Origin: Lophium mytilinum
Lineage: Eukaryota
Direction: 5' to 3'
Assembly: GCA_010093605.1 (NCBI GenBank)
Contig: MU004183.1
Coordinates: 1,550,001-1,614,000, forward strand
DNA length: 64,000 nucleotides
Below, piece by piece: positions 1 through 12,364 of this stretch (positions within the stretch are counted from its first letter, which is position 1; each line of letters opens with the position of its first letter). The notes below the pieces were generated by a model that had not been told where the DNA came from, ran no database searches, and worked only from the letters and a program-made list of their open reading frames with translations. Position numbers and translations under genes: made by a program.

Positions 1-378
1 GAGTACAGACGGCCGCTGCAACCGCCCAGCACCAACGGCAAAACATCAAGCTCGTCCGCTTCTCCACTCACTCCCCAAGAGATAGCATCGCAGCCATTGT
101 CGCGTTTCATAACCGGCCACGAGCCCACCCAGCAACTCTTGCAGAGGCCCAATATCCATGCCTATCCAGCCTCAACCTCAGATTCAGACCCGACCTCAGA
201 TCCTAAGGATGCCAACATCACGCCAGATGGTGGGCCGCTGCCGCCGACTATATACGAGGAGGAGCAGGCGGTTACAGCGTTGGCGTGGAATCCGAATGTT
301 AGAGTGGGCGGGTGGGCGGCGGCGGGTTTGGGGAGTGGATTGGTGAGGGTGGAGGATTTGTGTGTGCAGACTGTCTAA
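1..378 (+). CDS. TFC6: 3' end of TFIIIC subunit Tfc6-like WD40 protein (5'-partial)
   Basis: Frame open from base 1 to TAA at 378. The C-terminus ALAWNPNVRVGGWAAAGLGSGLVRVEDL resembles the final WD40 blade of fungal Tfc6 as I recall it. Confidence 0.7.
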   Translation, partial: EYRRPLQPPSTNGKTSSSSASPLTPQEIASQPLSRFITGHEPTQQLLQRPNIHAYPASTSDSDPTSDPKDANITPDGGPLPPTIYEEEQAVTALAWNPNVRVGGWAAAGLGSGLVRVEDLCVQTV

Positions 379-1172
379 ATCAGAGAAGAAAGTATATTGC
401 TTTGATAGGCAGGATGCCGTGTTAGGGCACCCCTGGCGCTGGTGGATGGGAACATAGAGATAGAAGTTGGCGCTATCCGTCTGAATCGTGAGCTATAGTA
501 TGGAACAGAAGGCTTGACTGGAAGAGAAGATAGCAATGGAGGATTGGGCTCCACTAAGCTCGGATTCATCAAAACAGATAGAGGCTGATGTCTCCTTCTC
601 CGCCTGCATTTGGGCCTCTTTCCTGACAAGCACGTGACAGGCTCGTGACGAGGCCGGAACACCGAGTACATTCAGGTTCACGGCTTGCGACAAATAATCG
701 AATTAATGACATACATACTCTATGGCCTGGGACGGGGTGGATGTTTGTCACCCTATGGAGGTTCGTCATCCATGGTGTGCAGCAATGGAAGTGGAAGCAT
801 CAATGGAAGAGGGCCGGGAGCCGCATTGAAAACAGATCAGTTCGGTAGTGAGCATCAACGTGCTGAAACTGTTGAACACCGCCATTCGTAGAACATTCTC
901 ACTGAGTATCTTTTCTCCGTAGTGCTCCCTTTCATCATGACCTCCAGCCCAGTGAGTAAAAAGATGAATAAAAAGAAATCAACTTCCTCTGGCGTATCGC
1001 ACTCACTCACAGCGGCAAAAAACTCGGGCCGAAGCCCTACTAAAAACCCCTTGCTACGAACAAGGAGTTTTTTGGTGGGACGGCGGCATACCGCCAGTCA
1101 CCACTGCAGCACTTCTGTTGTGCATGCAGGCCCGAAGGGCGGTGGAAGTGGATGTTGGGAGGTATATAACTA

Positions 1173-1822
1173 GGACGAGCTTAATTACCACCCCCCCATT
1201 CTCTCCGTAGCACCCCCCTTTTCTCTTCCTAGCACCCCCCCTATATTAAGCCTAGCTCCGGCCCGGATTAATGTTGTTTTACTAATTAAACACACTCGCT
1301 TGCCTCCGCATAGGCTGCATTATCTTGGCTAATAAGAATCTATTTACTCTATTAACTCTTGCAACTATTAGACTACTCTGCCAGCGGAAGCGCCTAGATG
1401 GCTACCGTCTAATTGCTAGCTACTGTCTAATTACTGCCTGAAAGGAACGCTAAATAGAGTATGCCTATATACTAAAACCTTATGCTAAATATCCTCCTAC
1501 TGCACCGGTTTCTTTACACGGAATAGCCTTGCGCCTAGAGGCTAATAAACTCTATACTATTCTCTATAGATGTGTGGCCGCTTTAAGGGACTTAGAGTAG
1601 CATAGTGTTAAGGTTATTATGTAGAGGAAGTAGTGTTAATATATTAAGAGTAAGTACGCTAGTAACGTAAATTCTAATTAAGCATAAGTAGGCAAGCGTG
1701 TAAGTTTAATTGGTGAGACAATATTAATCCGGGCCGGAGCTAGGCCTATTGTAGGGGGGGTGCTAGGAAGAGAAAAGGGGGGTGCTACGGAGAGAATAGG
1801 GGGGTGGTAATTAAGCTCGTCC
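1173..1822. mobile_element. Non-autonomous TIR DNA transposon (MITE-like; Mutator- or hAT-related), RIP-mutated
   Basis: ~133-bp imperfect terminal inverted repeats (GGACGAGCTTAATTACCACCCCCC... at 1173-~1305 and ~1690-1822). Exact 8-bp direct flanks TATAACTA at 1165-1172 and 1823-1830. AT/TpA-rich interior with no ORF. Confidence 0.93.
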
Positions 1823-3040
1823 TATAACTATTGAGCCGTCGATAAAACTTGGAGTAATGATTAAGAACAGGTAGTGTAGATTGGAGCAAGATTGACAGCG
1901 ATTTGGGGGGGTTGCCACGTCATGAAGACCCCCCTGGCAGCATCGCAAGAGATGAGTACATGATGTAATTTCTAGAGACTGTGAATCAGACTCGGACTTT
2001 TTATATAGCTGATAAGAAGCTCGAGGACCCCCTCGCGGCGGCACGACAGTGTCACATGAGACAGGTGGCTACTCTCAATTCCGATGTTCGGACCATTGAT
2101 AAGAGAATTATGAACTTGATTAATGAATACCTTTTTCACCTACATAGCGCCGTCAGGAGGACCCCAGGGTTGCTCTACAAAATATTGTTGGATGTCATTT
2201 CCAGCGGCTATGATGCATGAGCTTCGTGCCCACATGTAGCATCACAGCAATGCTGACTGTGCAGACTCATAAAGGCCAGGAAACGCGCTGTATGAAATAC
2301 ATGGAGAGGATTCCAATCCAGACATGTGAGTGGTCGAGCAATCAGCCGAAACGACACCCCAGGCGTTTCATCAGGTGAAGTACTACGTGGCCCCTGATCA
2401 CAGGCGCCACAGAACCGCCATCGCGGTCCTGCGCCGCTCGCGGGATTCGAGTACCGATGGCCTGTTCTATGGAGATATTCTCGGTGGTGTCGTGATGGTA
2501 CCACGGCGCGCTTCGATCGAGGGTCGTGAGGGTTGGGCAAGCGGTAAATTTGGGTACGAAGGTCGCCACGGCGTCTGCGCTGTCTGCAAACTAGGGAGAG
2601 TTTTCAGAGCGGGTTGGTCCCTTGCAGCTAAAAATACGCTCTAGACCCCCAGCAGAAGCTCCCCGTGCGGCGCCAACTGCTCGGTGACGCGCGCGCCCGG
2701 CAGCCAGTGAAGATCCGCCAGACCGCCCAGCAATTCGAGCTGCATTGTCTCAACACCACTGAATACCGTGACCCTTTCACTCTTTGTGCTTGCCCAACAT
2801 CTTCCTCCTGGGCCTTCTTTGTACACGTTGTTTTTCTCTTTGTTCCCTTCTCTCTCGTTTACTCTCTCCCGATTTTAATACGTCTGGCGCGCCGAGATCT
2901 ATTGATTAGACCGGCCTCAGATCTTTTCCATCGCCGTTAGCTGTTCGGGAATCCTGCCAAAGCGGCCACATACACACCCAATCGACCGCTTGCCTGTCTT
3001 CTGCCACTCGGCGCACCATATACACATAACAGTCGCTACT

Positions 3041-6000
3041 ATGACGTCCAGCTTAGCTGGCATGCTCCTCCGGCGGGACGATGACCCAAAGGACGAGTTC
3101 CTGCGGCTCATGTCCAATCCCTTTGCTAGCCAGGTACGCTACCGTCTGTATCTTTGCTGATTATCTGGCTGACTTATGAATGAACATAGCTTACCTCTAC
3201 GTCCGTCCTCATCGCCCTCGGAACCTCCTTAGGAGTTTCGGCCCTCATTGCCATAGCCTTCTGCTTCCTCCGGCCCTTCAATTCAGTCGTCTACGCGCCC
3301 CGTCTTCGCTTTGCCGATGAAAAACACAGGCCTCCAGAGCTCGGCCCTTCCCCATGGGCATGGATTGGGCCTCTCGGCATGAAAGAGGATGTCTTGGTGG
3401 AGAAGATCGGGCTTGATGCGACCATTTTCCTGCGCTTTACAAAGATGTGCCGGAACATCTTTCTCATCCTGTCGCTCGTTGGTTGCGGTATCCTCATCCC
3501 TGTCAATGTGGTTGGCGGCAAGCAGATGTACAACACCAGTGGCTGGAGTGTCGAAGGCCTGATGAAGATGACGCCGCAGTACATGTACGGAGGCATCTTC
3601 TGGGCCTTTGTCGGATGTGCTTATGCGTTCAACATCGTGATCATGTATTTTCTGTGGAGGAACTACAAGGCGGTAACCAGGCTAAGGAGGCGGTACCTTG
3701 ACAGCCCAGAATACCAGGCTAGCTTGTCTTCGCGGACACTGATGGTACGTTCCCCAAAAGCTATCACAGTTTTGCTGTCCTGTCTATCGGCTAGCAGTTT
3801 GCTTTCGAGAAATATTCACGCTAACTTTTCGTAGGTCACCGACATTCCAAAGAGCCTACGAACCGACGAAGGAATCGTCAGGATCACAGATGACCTCAAA
3901 ACAACGCCCGAGGTCCCTCGAGCAGCTATCGGACGCAATGTCAAGGATCTGCCTGATATGATCGAGGAACACGAAGAAAACGTCATGAAGCTAGAGAAGG
4001 TTTTAGCCAAATACCTGAAGAATCCCAACAAGCTCCCAGCGACACGACCCACTTGCAAGCCATCTAAGAAGGACGAGGCATACGTGGACAAAAACACTAA
4101 AGTAGATGCGATTGAGTATCTCACGAAGCGCATCGAGAGGCTAGAGAGAGAAATACGGACAGTGCGCGAGTCTGTGGATAGGCGCGATGCCATGCCCTAT
4201 GGTTTCGCAAGTTATGAAAGCATCGAGTCTGCCCATAGCCTTGCCTACCTAGCTAAGAGAAAGCACCCACAAGGAACCACAATCAAACTCGCTCCTAGGC
4301 CGAACGATATCATATGGAAGAATCTACCCCTGGACCCCAAAACTCGAAGATGGCGACGAGTTATCAACAACTTTTGGATTACACTGCTCACCCTTGCTTG
4401 GATGGCCCCCAACGCTCTAATAGCGGTCTTCTTAACGAATTTGTCAAATTTAGGGAACGTTTGGCACGGCTTTAGGACGCAGCTACAGACAAATCCTAAC
4501 TTCTGGGCTGTTGTGCAGGGTGTGGCCTCTCCAGCAATTACGTCCTTGTTTTACTATCTCTTGCCGTCCATTTTTCGGCGACTATCCATCCAGGCAGGAG
4601 ATGTAACCAAGACATCCCGAGAACGTCACGTCATCAACAAATTGTACTCATTCTTCGTCTTCAACAATTTGCTCGTCTTCTCTCTCTTCTCTGCTTTGTG
4701 GGCCCTCATCGGAGGCGTCATAGAGAAGACCAGTAAGGAAAACAAGTCGGTCATGGACGCTTTCCAGGAACTGCACCCACTCGTCAACACGTTGGTTGCA
4801 CTCTGCAGTGTTTCACCCTTCTGGATCACATGGCTCCTCCAACGCAATCTCGGTGCCGCCATCGACTTGGCCCAAGTTGCCAATCTCGCGTGGGGCTCTT
4901 TCAGGAGGAAGTTTGGAAGCCCGACTCCTCGTGACTTCATTACGCAGACAGCGCCTCCTCCCTTCGACTACGCCAGCTACTACAACTATTTCCTTTTTTA
5001 CTCAACTGTCACACTAGCCTTTGCACCCATCCAGCCAGTTGTTCTCCTTGTCACCGCCCTCTACTTCTGCATAGACGCCTACTGGAAGAAGTACCTCCTC
5101 ATGTACGTCTTTGTCACCAAAACCGAATCCGGCGGCCTTTTCTGGCGCGTCCTTTTCAACCGGATGCTCTTCACCGCCTTCTTCTCCAACCTTGTCGTTG
5201 TGCTCATGGTCATCTCCCATGGCGATCCTTACCGCTGGCAGATGCTCGCAGCCATGATTCCGCTCCCGCTCATGTTGCTCGCCTTCAAGATCTACTGCAA
5301 ACGCACTTTTGACGACCAGCTCGCTTTCTATACTAAGGGCGACTCGGCAAAGGGTACCGAGGCCGCCCTACCCGTGGACAAGGAATCCCGCCGACGAGAC
5401 CGAGTCGGCGTTCGCTTCGGCAACCCGGCGCTATACAAGAAACTCATTGTCCCCATGGTCCACGAGAAGAGCCAGCACCTGCTCGCCGAGCTCTACAAGG
5501 GCCGTTTGCACGACGATGGCCAGGATGTCAGCGGCTACAGCGACGTCTACGCCATGAAGCGCATGTCGCACGAGCGACCTGGGAAGGCTGCACCAGCGGC
5601 GGCGGCGCCATTCGAGATCGTGAAGGAAAACGAGCTCGACTTTGAAAACTTCAAGGACCGCCCGGAGTTTAGCGAGGAGCACGGCGGTGGCGGGGAGGCG
5701 TATGGCCGCTCGGCCGATCTCATTAGGCCGGGGACGCCAGGCACAATGTCGACTTTCGGCGGCAGCGACCGCGGCCGCAGCTCAAGCCGTGACTCGGAAA
5801 GAACGTATGCGGAGGATGTGGGCGTGCAGTATCCCAAGGGCTATCATTCTACCCCGTCCGCGTTGAGGGAGTATAGTCCGAGCCCTGATCGTGGACATAA
5901 GGGTTTCGAGAACGTGCCGGTCGCGGGAGGTGGGCAGTACAACCAGTATCAGATGAGGGACGAGACGGCATTGCTAGGAGACGCGGCGCCGATGGGGAGG

Positions 6001-6075
6001 GGGACGCCGTATGATAGGCAGACACCGACGGAGGGGGAGGAGGGGGGAGAGTATTTCCGGGGAAGGCAGTTTTGA
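3041..6075 (+). CDS. CSC1/OSCA/TMEM63 (DUF221, RSN1-like) calcium-permeable stress-gated cation channel
   Basis: Exons 3041-3133, 3190-3744 and 3835-6075 join in frame across GT-AG introns. Motifs VYAPRLR, GLDATIFLRF, APRPNDIIWKNL and ESGGLFW, with many TM helices. Confidence 0.93.
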
Positions 6076-6725
6076 GAGGTAGAGGGTTTACGAAGTCGAT
6101 GACAACTAGAAATTTTCTTTTGTTCACTCATCTGGCTAGCTCATGCGCAAAGCAGAGCGGAGCGGAGAAGGGGTTGGCATTGCATTTTGGCGTTTTCTAG
6201 ATGGACTCGACACCGAGCGGCGGGTTGCGTTGGTAATTATTTGGCGTGGTAGGCGAGCGTTTGCATCTACCCGGCGACACGCTTGCCTGTGAGGTAGATC
6301 TGGAGGTAGTTTTGATCAATCTGAATAAGCTCAAGAGGGCTTTGATCACGTAATTAGCGTGTTTTTTTAGTCAGAGTGTTTGTGAGGCTGATAGGTTTTG
6401 GTGTCTTAGTGCGAGATGCAGATTTGGCGTCAAAAGCTAGGGTTCAACGCAGGTAGTATGATAACCACCGTCTAGGGTGGCCCGACTCTGTATTCGACCT
6501 GTCAAAGCAATCACTCGTACGTCCTGATACAGACTAGGTAATTCGAACGGTTTACTCTAAGCCTGAATTAGACCCTCGTACTACTGGTATAAAAAGCAAT
6601 CACGATAGATAGAAGTCGCGCACTCTCTACGTCTTATTAAATTTCTACACAGTTGATTCTATAGATATTGTTCATATAAGCGGGGAATACTCTACACTAC
6701 GTAAGTAAGTTAACTCATCTATTTG

Positions 6726-7856
6726 CTACCACCCTTCAACCTGGAATTCAAACACCCGATCCACCTTCCCACCTTCCACCGGCTTCCCAATCCCATCAAA
6801 CAACGTCCTCTCCACAAATGTCAACATTCCCTTCTTATCCACCAAAATCAACGACTGCTTCTGCGTGCCATACACCCCCGACGTCGCGTCCACAGCCTCA
6901 TGATCCACCGCCGCCGCGATCCTATCCGATGGCACCCCCTCCAACTCCACGCCCCCAATCGGCGGAACAAAGATGCTATGCCTCAGCTGATTCAGATAAA
7001 CATCCCACTCCTCCCCATTTCGCTGCCGCGGAAGCGTGTCAACGCTCAGCAGCCCAAACAACCGCTCCAACAACTCCTCCTTGCTCTCCCCTCTCTTCGC
7101 ACTAGCCTTAACCGCCAGCCGCACCGCCTCCTCCCCCTTGACAACCTTCGGCCACGACGCATCCCCATAAAACGAGTTACTCAACGCCGTCGTCTCATGC
7201 GCGCCCCCCGCCACCCAAATCAACCCCTCCACATCCGGCGTCCGATTCGAGATAATCGCTAGTCCCCCCTTGCCCTTTTCCCCCCGTCCCTCAACCACCC
7301 CTTTCACCACGTCCCGCACATCCCCGAACAACAGGCTAAACCCGCCCACGCCCCGCACGCCGTCTTCTGCCACCAGCCGGCGCGCGAACGCCTCGGTGGA
7401 TTCGTGCGAGGAAGGGTCTTGCCGGAGGAAGAGGTTGACGATGGCACCGCGCGACCGTACGCCTTGGACTAGTGCGGCGGGGTCCTCCTCGCGGTAGTTG
7501 GTTAGGCAGGCGATGCGGCCTTGGCGTGTTACGCCGAGCCAGGTGCCGTGCTCGGCGCGGTGGAGGTCGTAGCCGCCGAGGACGTGGGCGTGGGGCGCGG
7601 GCCAGAAGGTTGAGGGGGCCGTGGGGCGGTGGAGGTATTCCTGCGGGTTGGGAGTGAGTAAGAGAGACGTGGTGCGAGAAAAGGATTGAAAGGTTTGAAG
7701 GTCGCTGGGGGAGAAGGAAAGTGTGGCGAGGGGGAGAAAAGAGATATGCGAGGGAGACAAAGGTGTATTTTTGATAATGGGGGTACCTACGTCGCGGTTG
7801 TTTAGGAGAATGAAGGGGTAGTCGGGGTGCTCCGTGGTTATGATAGCGATGCACAT
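6726..7856 (-). CDS. NRDE/TANGO2 (DUF833) family protein
   Basis: MCI start. NRD|E motif is restored by removing intron 7641-7790. GTWLGVT, LTNYRE, SRG, LSN and YGT motifs present. Confidence 0.92.
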   Translation of the reverse strand: MCIAIITTEHPDYPFILLNNRDVGTPIIKNTPLSPSHISFLPLATLSFSPSDLQTFQSFSRTTSLLLTPNPQEYLHRPTAPSTFWPAPHAHVLGGYDLHRAEHGTWLGVTRQGRIACLTNYREEDPAALVQGVRSRGAIVNLFLRQDPSSHESTEAFARRLVAEDGVRGVGGFSLLFGDVRDVVKGVVEGRGEKGKGGLAIISNRTPDVEGLIWVAGGAHETTALSNSFYGDASWPKVVKGEEAVRLAVKASAKRGESKEELLERLFGLLSVDTLPRQRNGEEWDVYLNQLRHSIFVPPIGGVELEGVPSDRIAAAVDHEAVDATSGVYGTQKQSLILVDKKGMLTFVERTLFDGIGKPVEGGKVDRVFEFQVEGW

Positions 7857-9504
7857 GTTTGCGGAGTTCTCGCCAAAGCGGCTTTTGAAATAAGATTAAG
7901 TGATGATAGTATAGCTCTTATTGTGCGATAGAAATTGTATATTTGCTCGAAGGCGAGAAAATTGAAAGTGTGGGAAAGTAACTTTGTAGATGTAGAGAAC
8001 GGCGTTGTGGTCTAGAATAAAGCCAGCGACGTCGGCGAGCTGCAGCAGTGTGCAGATAGCGGCGGTGAGCACAAACAGCACAGCTTTATACGTGGTTCCT
8101 CTACGGTGGCCAGACACTGGATCTATGAGTTGTCATGATGGGGTGAGTAGGGTGTAGTCGACGACATCGTATCTAATTGCCACTGAACTTCACTGGACCT
8201 CGGGAACGGAGATGTAGTTGAGGGAAGGTTAGGGTGTGGAGGCCTTGGTAGGGCCTGATTCCTCGCCACCTGGGCATATTGCGACGACCAACTGAACACA
8301 AACCGAAACAAACAACTTCGATAACCCTTCTCTTTTGATATCCGCGAGCTACAGAAAGGAACTTGGGAGACAACTTGAGGTAGATCGTGAAAGTCACGTG
8401 TCAGTTTCGCCTCTTCCCTGTGTAACCCCGCCCTTGACCAGGACAACATTCTCCAAATCTCGATCATTCTCGTGACCTAAGTCAAATAACAACATCGGGT
8501 GAGTTCAAGTGTGGTGACAGGCTGTCTGATATAGAGGCGCTATACCAGTGTCCAAACTTCTTCGCCATTAGACAGTAGACCTACTTATCCAGCATATTAC
8601 GCATGGAACTCGAGGCTATCGGAACCGATCCTTCGTTCTCGTCAGCATCCAAGGATGCGATGCCAAACGATAAAGGTTGCAGGCGTCCCTGGTCGAAACT
8701 GGGAGGCTTCCTCAGCGCAGAATCTCCTCAACTTCAGCCAGAGGTCGCACCTTATTTGTCTTGCAAGCGGCAGGTTTCAGATTTTTTGCAGTGTCGCTAA
8801 TGTCATGGTACGAGGCAGCCATTATCCTATTTCGTTTCCCTTTAATTATAAGGATCTTCGTGGCGTCCTAAAACGGGCCTGTCATCGTCGTCTTACATTA
8901 TCAATTTCCGCGTGCCCGAGTTCCCTTGCGACCCGACTTTGGTGCTGGAGGCTTGAGAACAAATCCTCTTCCGTGTTTTGCCTGAACGACAGAGGACTGC
9001 TTTGCTTCGCGCACGTTATGCCTTGTTGAAAGCTTGTATGGACCGTTCGGCAGGGGTACCTTTGCATCAGCCTTATTGGTGCTAGGCGTAACAATACAAC
9101 ATTCGCCCATGCCTCTTCGCGCTCAAGGCACAAGCCCGCGTTCACACCGGACGAACAATGGCCATGCTTACGGTGGAGTCCGTCAGAGGATAGCCCTGTA
9201 CCCGCCCTGAATATAGCCCTAAGCACAGACCTCGTGCCACATAGCCACCACATCTCGGGCCATACAGACGCCAAGATCGTCAACAAAGCTTCTCTTTTCC
9301 GACTCGACTAGTCCTCTACCATGCTAGTAGCGATTAAGGCCCCCAAAATCCGCCAAGCCAAGGGGGCTCGGCTTGGATAAACCCGGTATCAGCGGCTACC
9401 GTTTGTAAGTGCTCACTTTCCTTATATACGATGGCCTGGAGCAGGCTCCGTCGCGGTTTGGCTTCCATCATCCTCATTCTGCGTCTCGGTGCCATTCCTT
9501 CAAC

Positions 9505-10669
9505 ATGCGGTCCACTCTATTTCAATCGTTGCTTGCCATTGGATCTTTGCGTACAGTGGTCGCGCAGTATGCTTTTACCGTGCCAGAGCCCGATGTTGTA
9601 GATTTCGACCCTGTCAACGATGTGGTCCAAGGCACCGTTGTGAACATTGTTTGGCTTGCGAATTGTAGGTTGCAAATGCCACAAGCCAAGGTCTTCCGCT
9701 AACTTCTTACCCTGCTAGCCACCTACCAGCCCACATTGACAGGCGATAAACTGCTTGATAGCAACGGAGATATTTCGGTGTGGATAACATCGTACCAGAA
9801 TAACGATTACACCCACTGCTTGACTCGTAAGTTTAGTCTTTTTCCGGAGTAGAGTCAATTTCAACGACTGCGCCCCTCCAAAGTTGTGCTAACCACCTTT
9901 CATCACAGCAAGCGCGAATTCGGAAACAGGAGGATCATGGGCCTGGAACATTACACTATCGGACGACGAAATCGATGCCAATGGCGGGAAATTTGTCTAC
10001 CGCCTAAAGCCTACCGTCGCAAGTCAAAGCTCCCCTTTCAACATCACAGAGGATGAGTGTCCATCGCGGGGTTTCTCCATAAAGAAGGCGGCCGATGTCG
10101 CAGCTTCATCGTCGGCGTCAGTGGCATCGGCAGCATCAGCAGCTCGGGCTTCGGCTTCGAAAACTGCTTCAGCCGCAGTTGTCACCATTACCAAGTCTGG
10201 TAAGCTTACGTTCTGAATCATTGGTGACTTCAGACCTGTGACAGTTACTGACTCCGAATCTGCTGCGATAGGCCAAGCTACCGCATCTGCAACCGGAAGC
10301 GCAGCCTCAACCGGCGCCTCTACTGGAGCTGCAAAGACCGGTGCTCCTACCAACACTAGCACTGGAACTGCTAGCCCCTCAGACGGTGGCGGGCTTTCTG
10401 GAGGCGCAAAGGCAGGCATCGCTATCGGTGTTATAGCTCTTGTAGGCATCGCTGCCATCGCCGCATTCTTCCTTTGGAGACGTCACCACAATAAAACAGC
10501 TGGCACAAGGGCAGCAGAGCTATCCGGCACCACCCAGTACGCTCCGGCTCCCGCGATGAACGATAAACACGTATACGGATACATGGATCATCCCCATAAT
10601 GCGGCCCCCGTAGAGCTGGCAGACTCGCAGCACCATGCTGCTGTTGAACTACCCGCCTCCAACAAATGA
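9505..10669 (+). CDS. Single-pass cell-surface protein, Mid2/SKG6-like architecture
   Basis: Signal peptide, then three introns (9665-9718, ~9827-9908, 10200-10244) that give a continuous frame. Ser/Thr/Ala-rich stalk, TM AGIAIGVIALVGIAAIAAFFLW followed by RRHH, and a short cytoplasmic tail. Confidence 0.8.
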
Positions 10670-11251
10670 AGTCGGCATCTGAAGGTTGGATTGAGCTTGT
10701 AACTGAAAGAGAACGGTGGAGTGTCGGATAAGGATCGCGCACTCGACAATGAAATGGACAATGCCAAGAAGCCAATGGCAGGAGATTGTTCCAAAGTCTT
10801 ACGACATTTAACTATATTTATTTACGTTCATATTAGACTTCTACTGCAAAAGTTCATTAAGCAGTTAGAGAAGAGTATTTTTTACCTTTGGAATTGAAGA
10901 AAGTCCGAAGCACCGTCTCGTCTCCACTATTGTGGGATGGTATTGCAGCGCACCGGCACCTGCAGAAGGACACAAACTCGTTCAAACCTCGCGATTACGG
11001 TACCAAAGTTTGCACACTCGAAGGCGTGATAATAAGGATTACCAATTGCGGCAGGTCCAATCCAATTCCGATCCCCGCCGAAGGCATTGCCGATCTCCGC
11101 TGTTGAAACGCGGCATGAGTCACGACCCCATTGGACAGCTCTAAATCCTATTGAAGCTCTTAGATATAGTTCCTGAGCCCGCTGTATACCCTTCTTCTAT
11201 TGCTCTTCTCCAAAAACAATCCAATCCGTCCGCTCGCAACCCCAATTCACC

Positions 11252-12364
11252 ATGGCTCCCTCAGCCTATTCTGCTGATCAGATCACCCAATACCTTGACT
11301 ACATTGGTCTGCCTTCTCACTATCATCCTTCGTCTCCATCTAGACTCCCCCTCGACTTTGATTTTCTTACCACTCTTCATGCCCACCAGATTGCTACCAT
11401 TCCATACGAGAATCTTTCGTTGCATTACTCAGCAACAAAAGAGATATCCATAGATCCGCAGGTTACGTTCAAGAAGATAGTATCCGACAAGCGCGGACGC
11501 GGGGGTTACTGTATGGAAGCGGCGATCTTCTTCAATCATATCCTGAGAGCACTGGGGTTTGATGCGTACACAGCGGGCGTGAGGATACGGTACCGAGAGA
11601 ACGGAGTACCGACGGGTGATTACATAGGTTGGTGAGTAATTCCTAATCAATTAGCGATATCAATACTGCATGCCAGATTTCTTCTGCAGTTCAATTTCTG
11701 TCCTCAACATCTTCCATATCTATCACGTTTCTTTAACCCACCATTAACACCTCCTAGGACCCACATCGTCAACATCGTCACCCTCCCCGACTCCACCAAA
11801 TATGTCTCTGACGTGGCTTTCGGCGGCGACGGCCCTACAAAGCCCATGCCCTTGCTCCCCGATATCGTTACGCCCAACATTGGCACCCAGGAGCTCCGCT
11901 TCGTCCACGAGTCCCTGACCCAGCAAACCCACGATTCGGCGGCTACCAAATACTGGATTTACCAGTACCGCAACGCGCCCACCGCGCCCTGGAACTCCTT
12001 CTACGCGTTTACGGAGTTAGAGTTCTTGCATGGCGATTTCGAGGTTATGAACCACTTTACTAGTACGAGTAAGAAGAGTTTTCAGACATATACTGCGTTG
12101 GTGGTCAAGTTCCTGATGGCACGAGAGGATGACGAGGAGATGAGGGCGGAATCGAGGGCGGAGGGGAAGGGAAAGGGGGGCGTGTATGGGAAGGTTATGT
12201 TGGTAGGTGGGGATGTGAAGGTCAATACGGACGGGAAGACAAGGGTTGTGAAGAGGTGTGAGACGGAGGCTGAGAGGGTGGAGGCGTTGAAGGACTGGTT
12301 TGGGATGACCTTTACGGAGGAGGAAAAGGAGGGCATTAGGGGGCATGTTACTGAGTTGAAGTGA
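11252..12364 (+). CDS. NAT: Arylamine N-acetyltransferase
   Basis: Exons 11252-11631 and 11758-12364. IPYENL, RGGYC (catalytic Cys), WTHIVNIV (His) and DVAFGG (Asp) give the NAT catalytic triad. Confidence 0.95.

Noticed and set aside
380..1160. Short ORFs between TFC6 and the transposon
   Set aside because: All frames are interrupted and show no recognisable homology.
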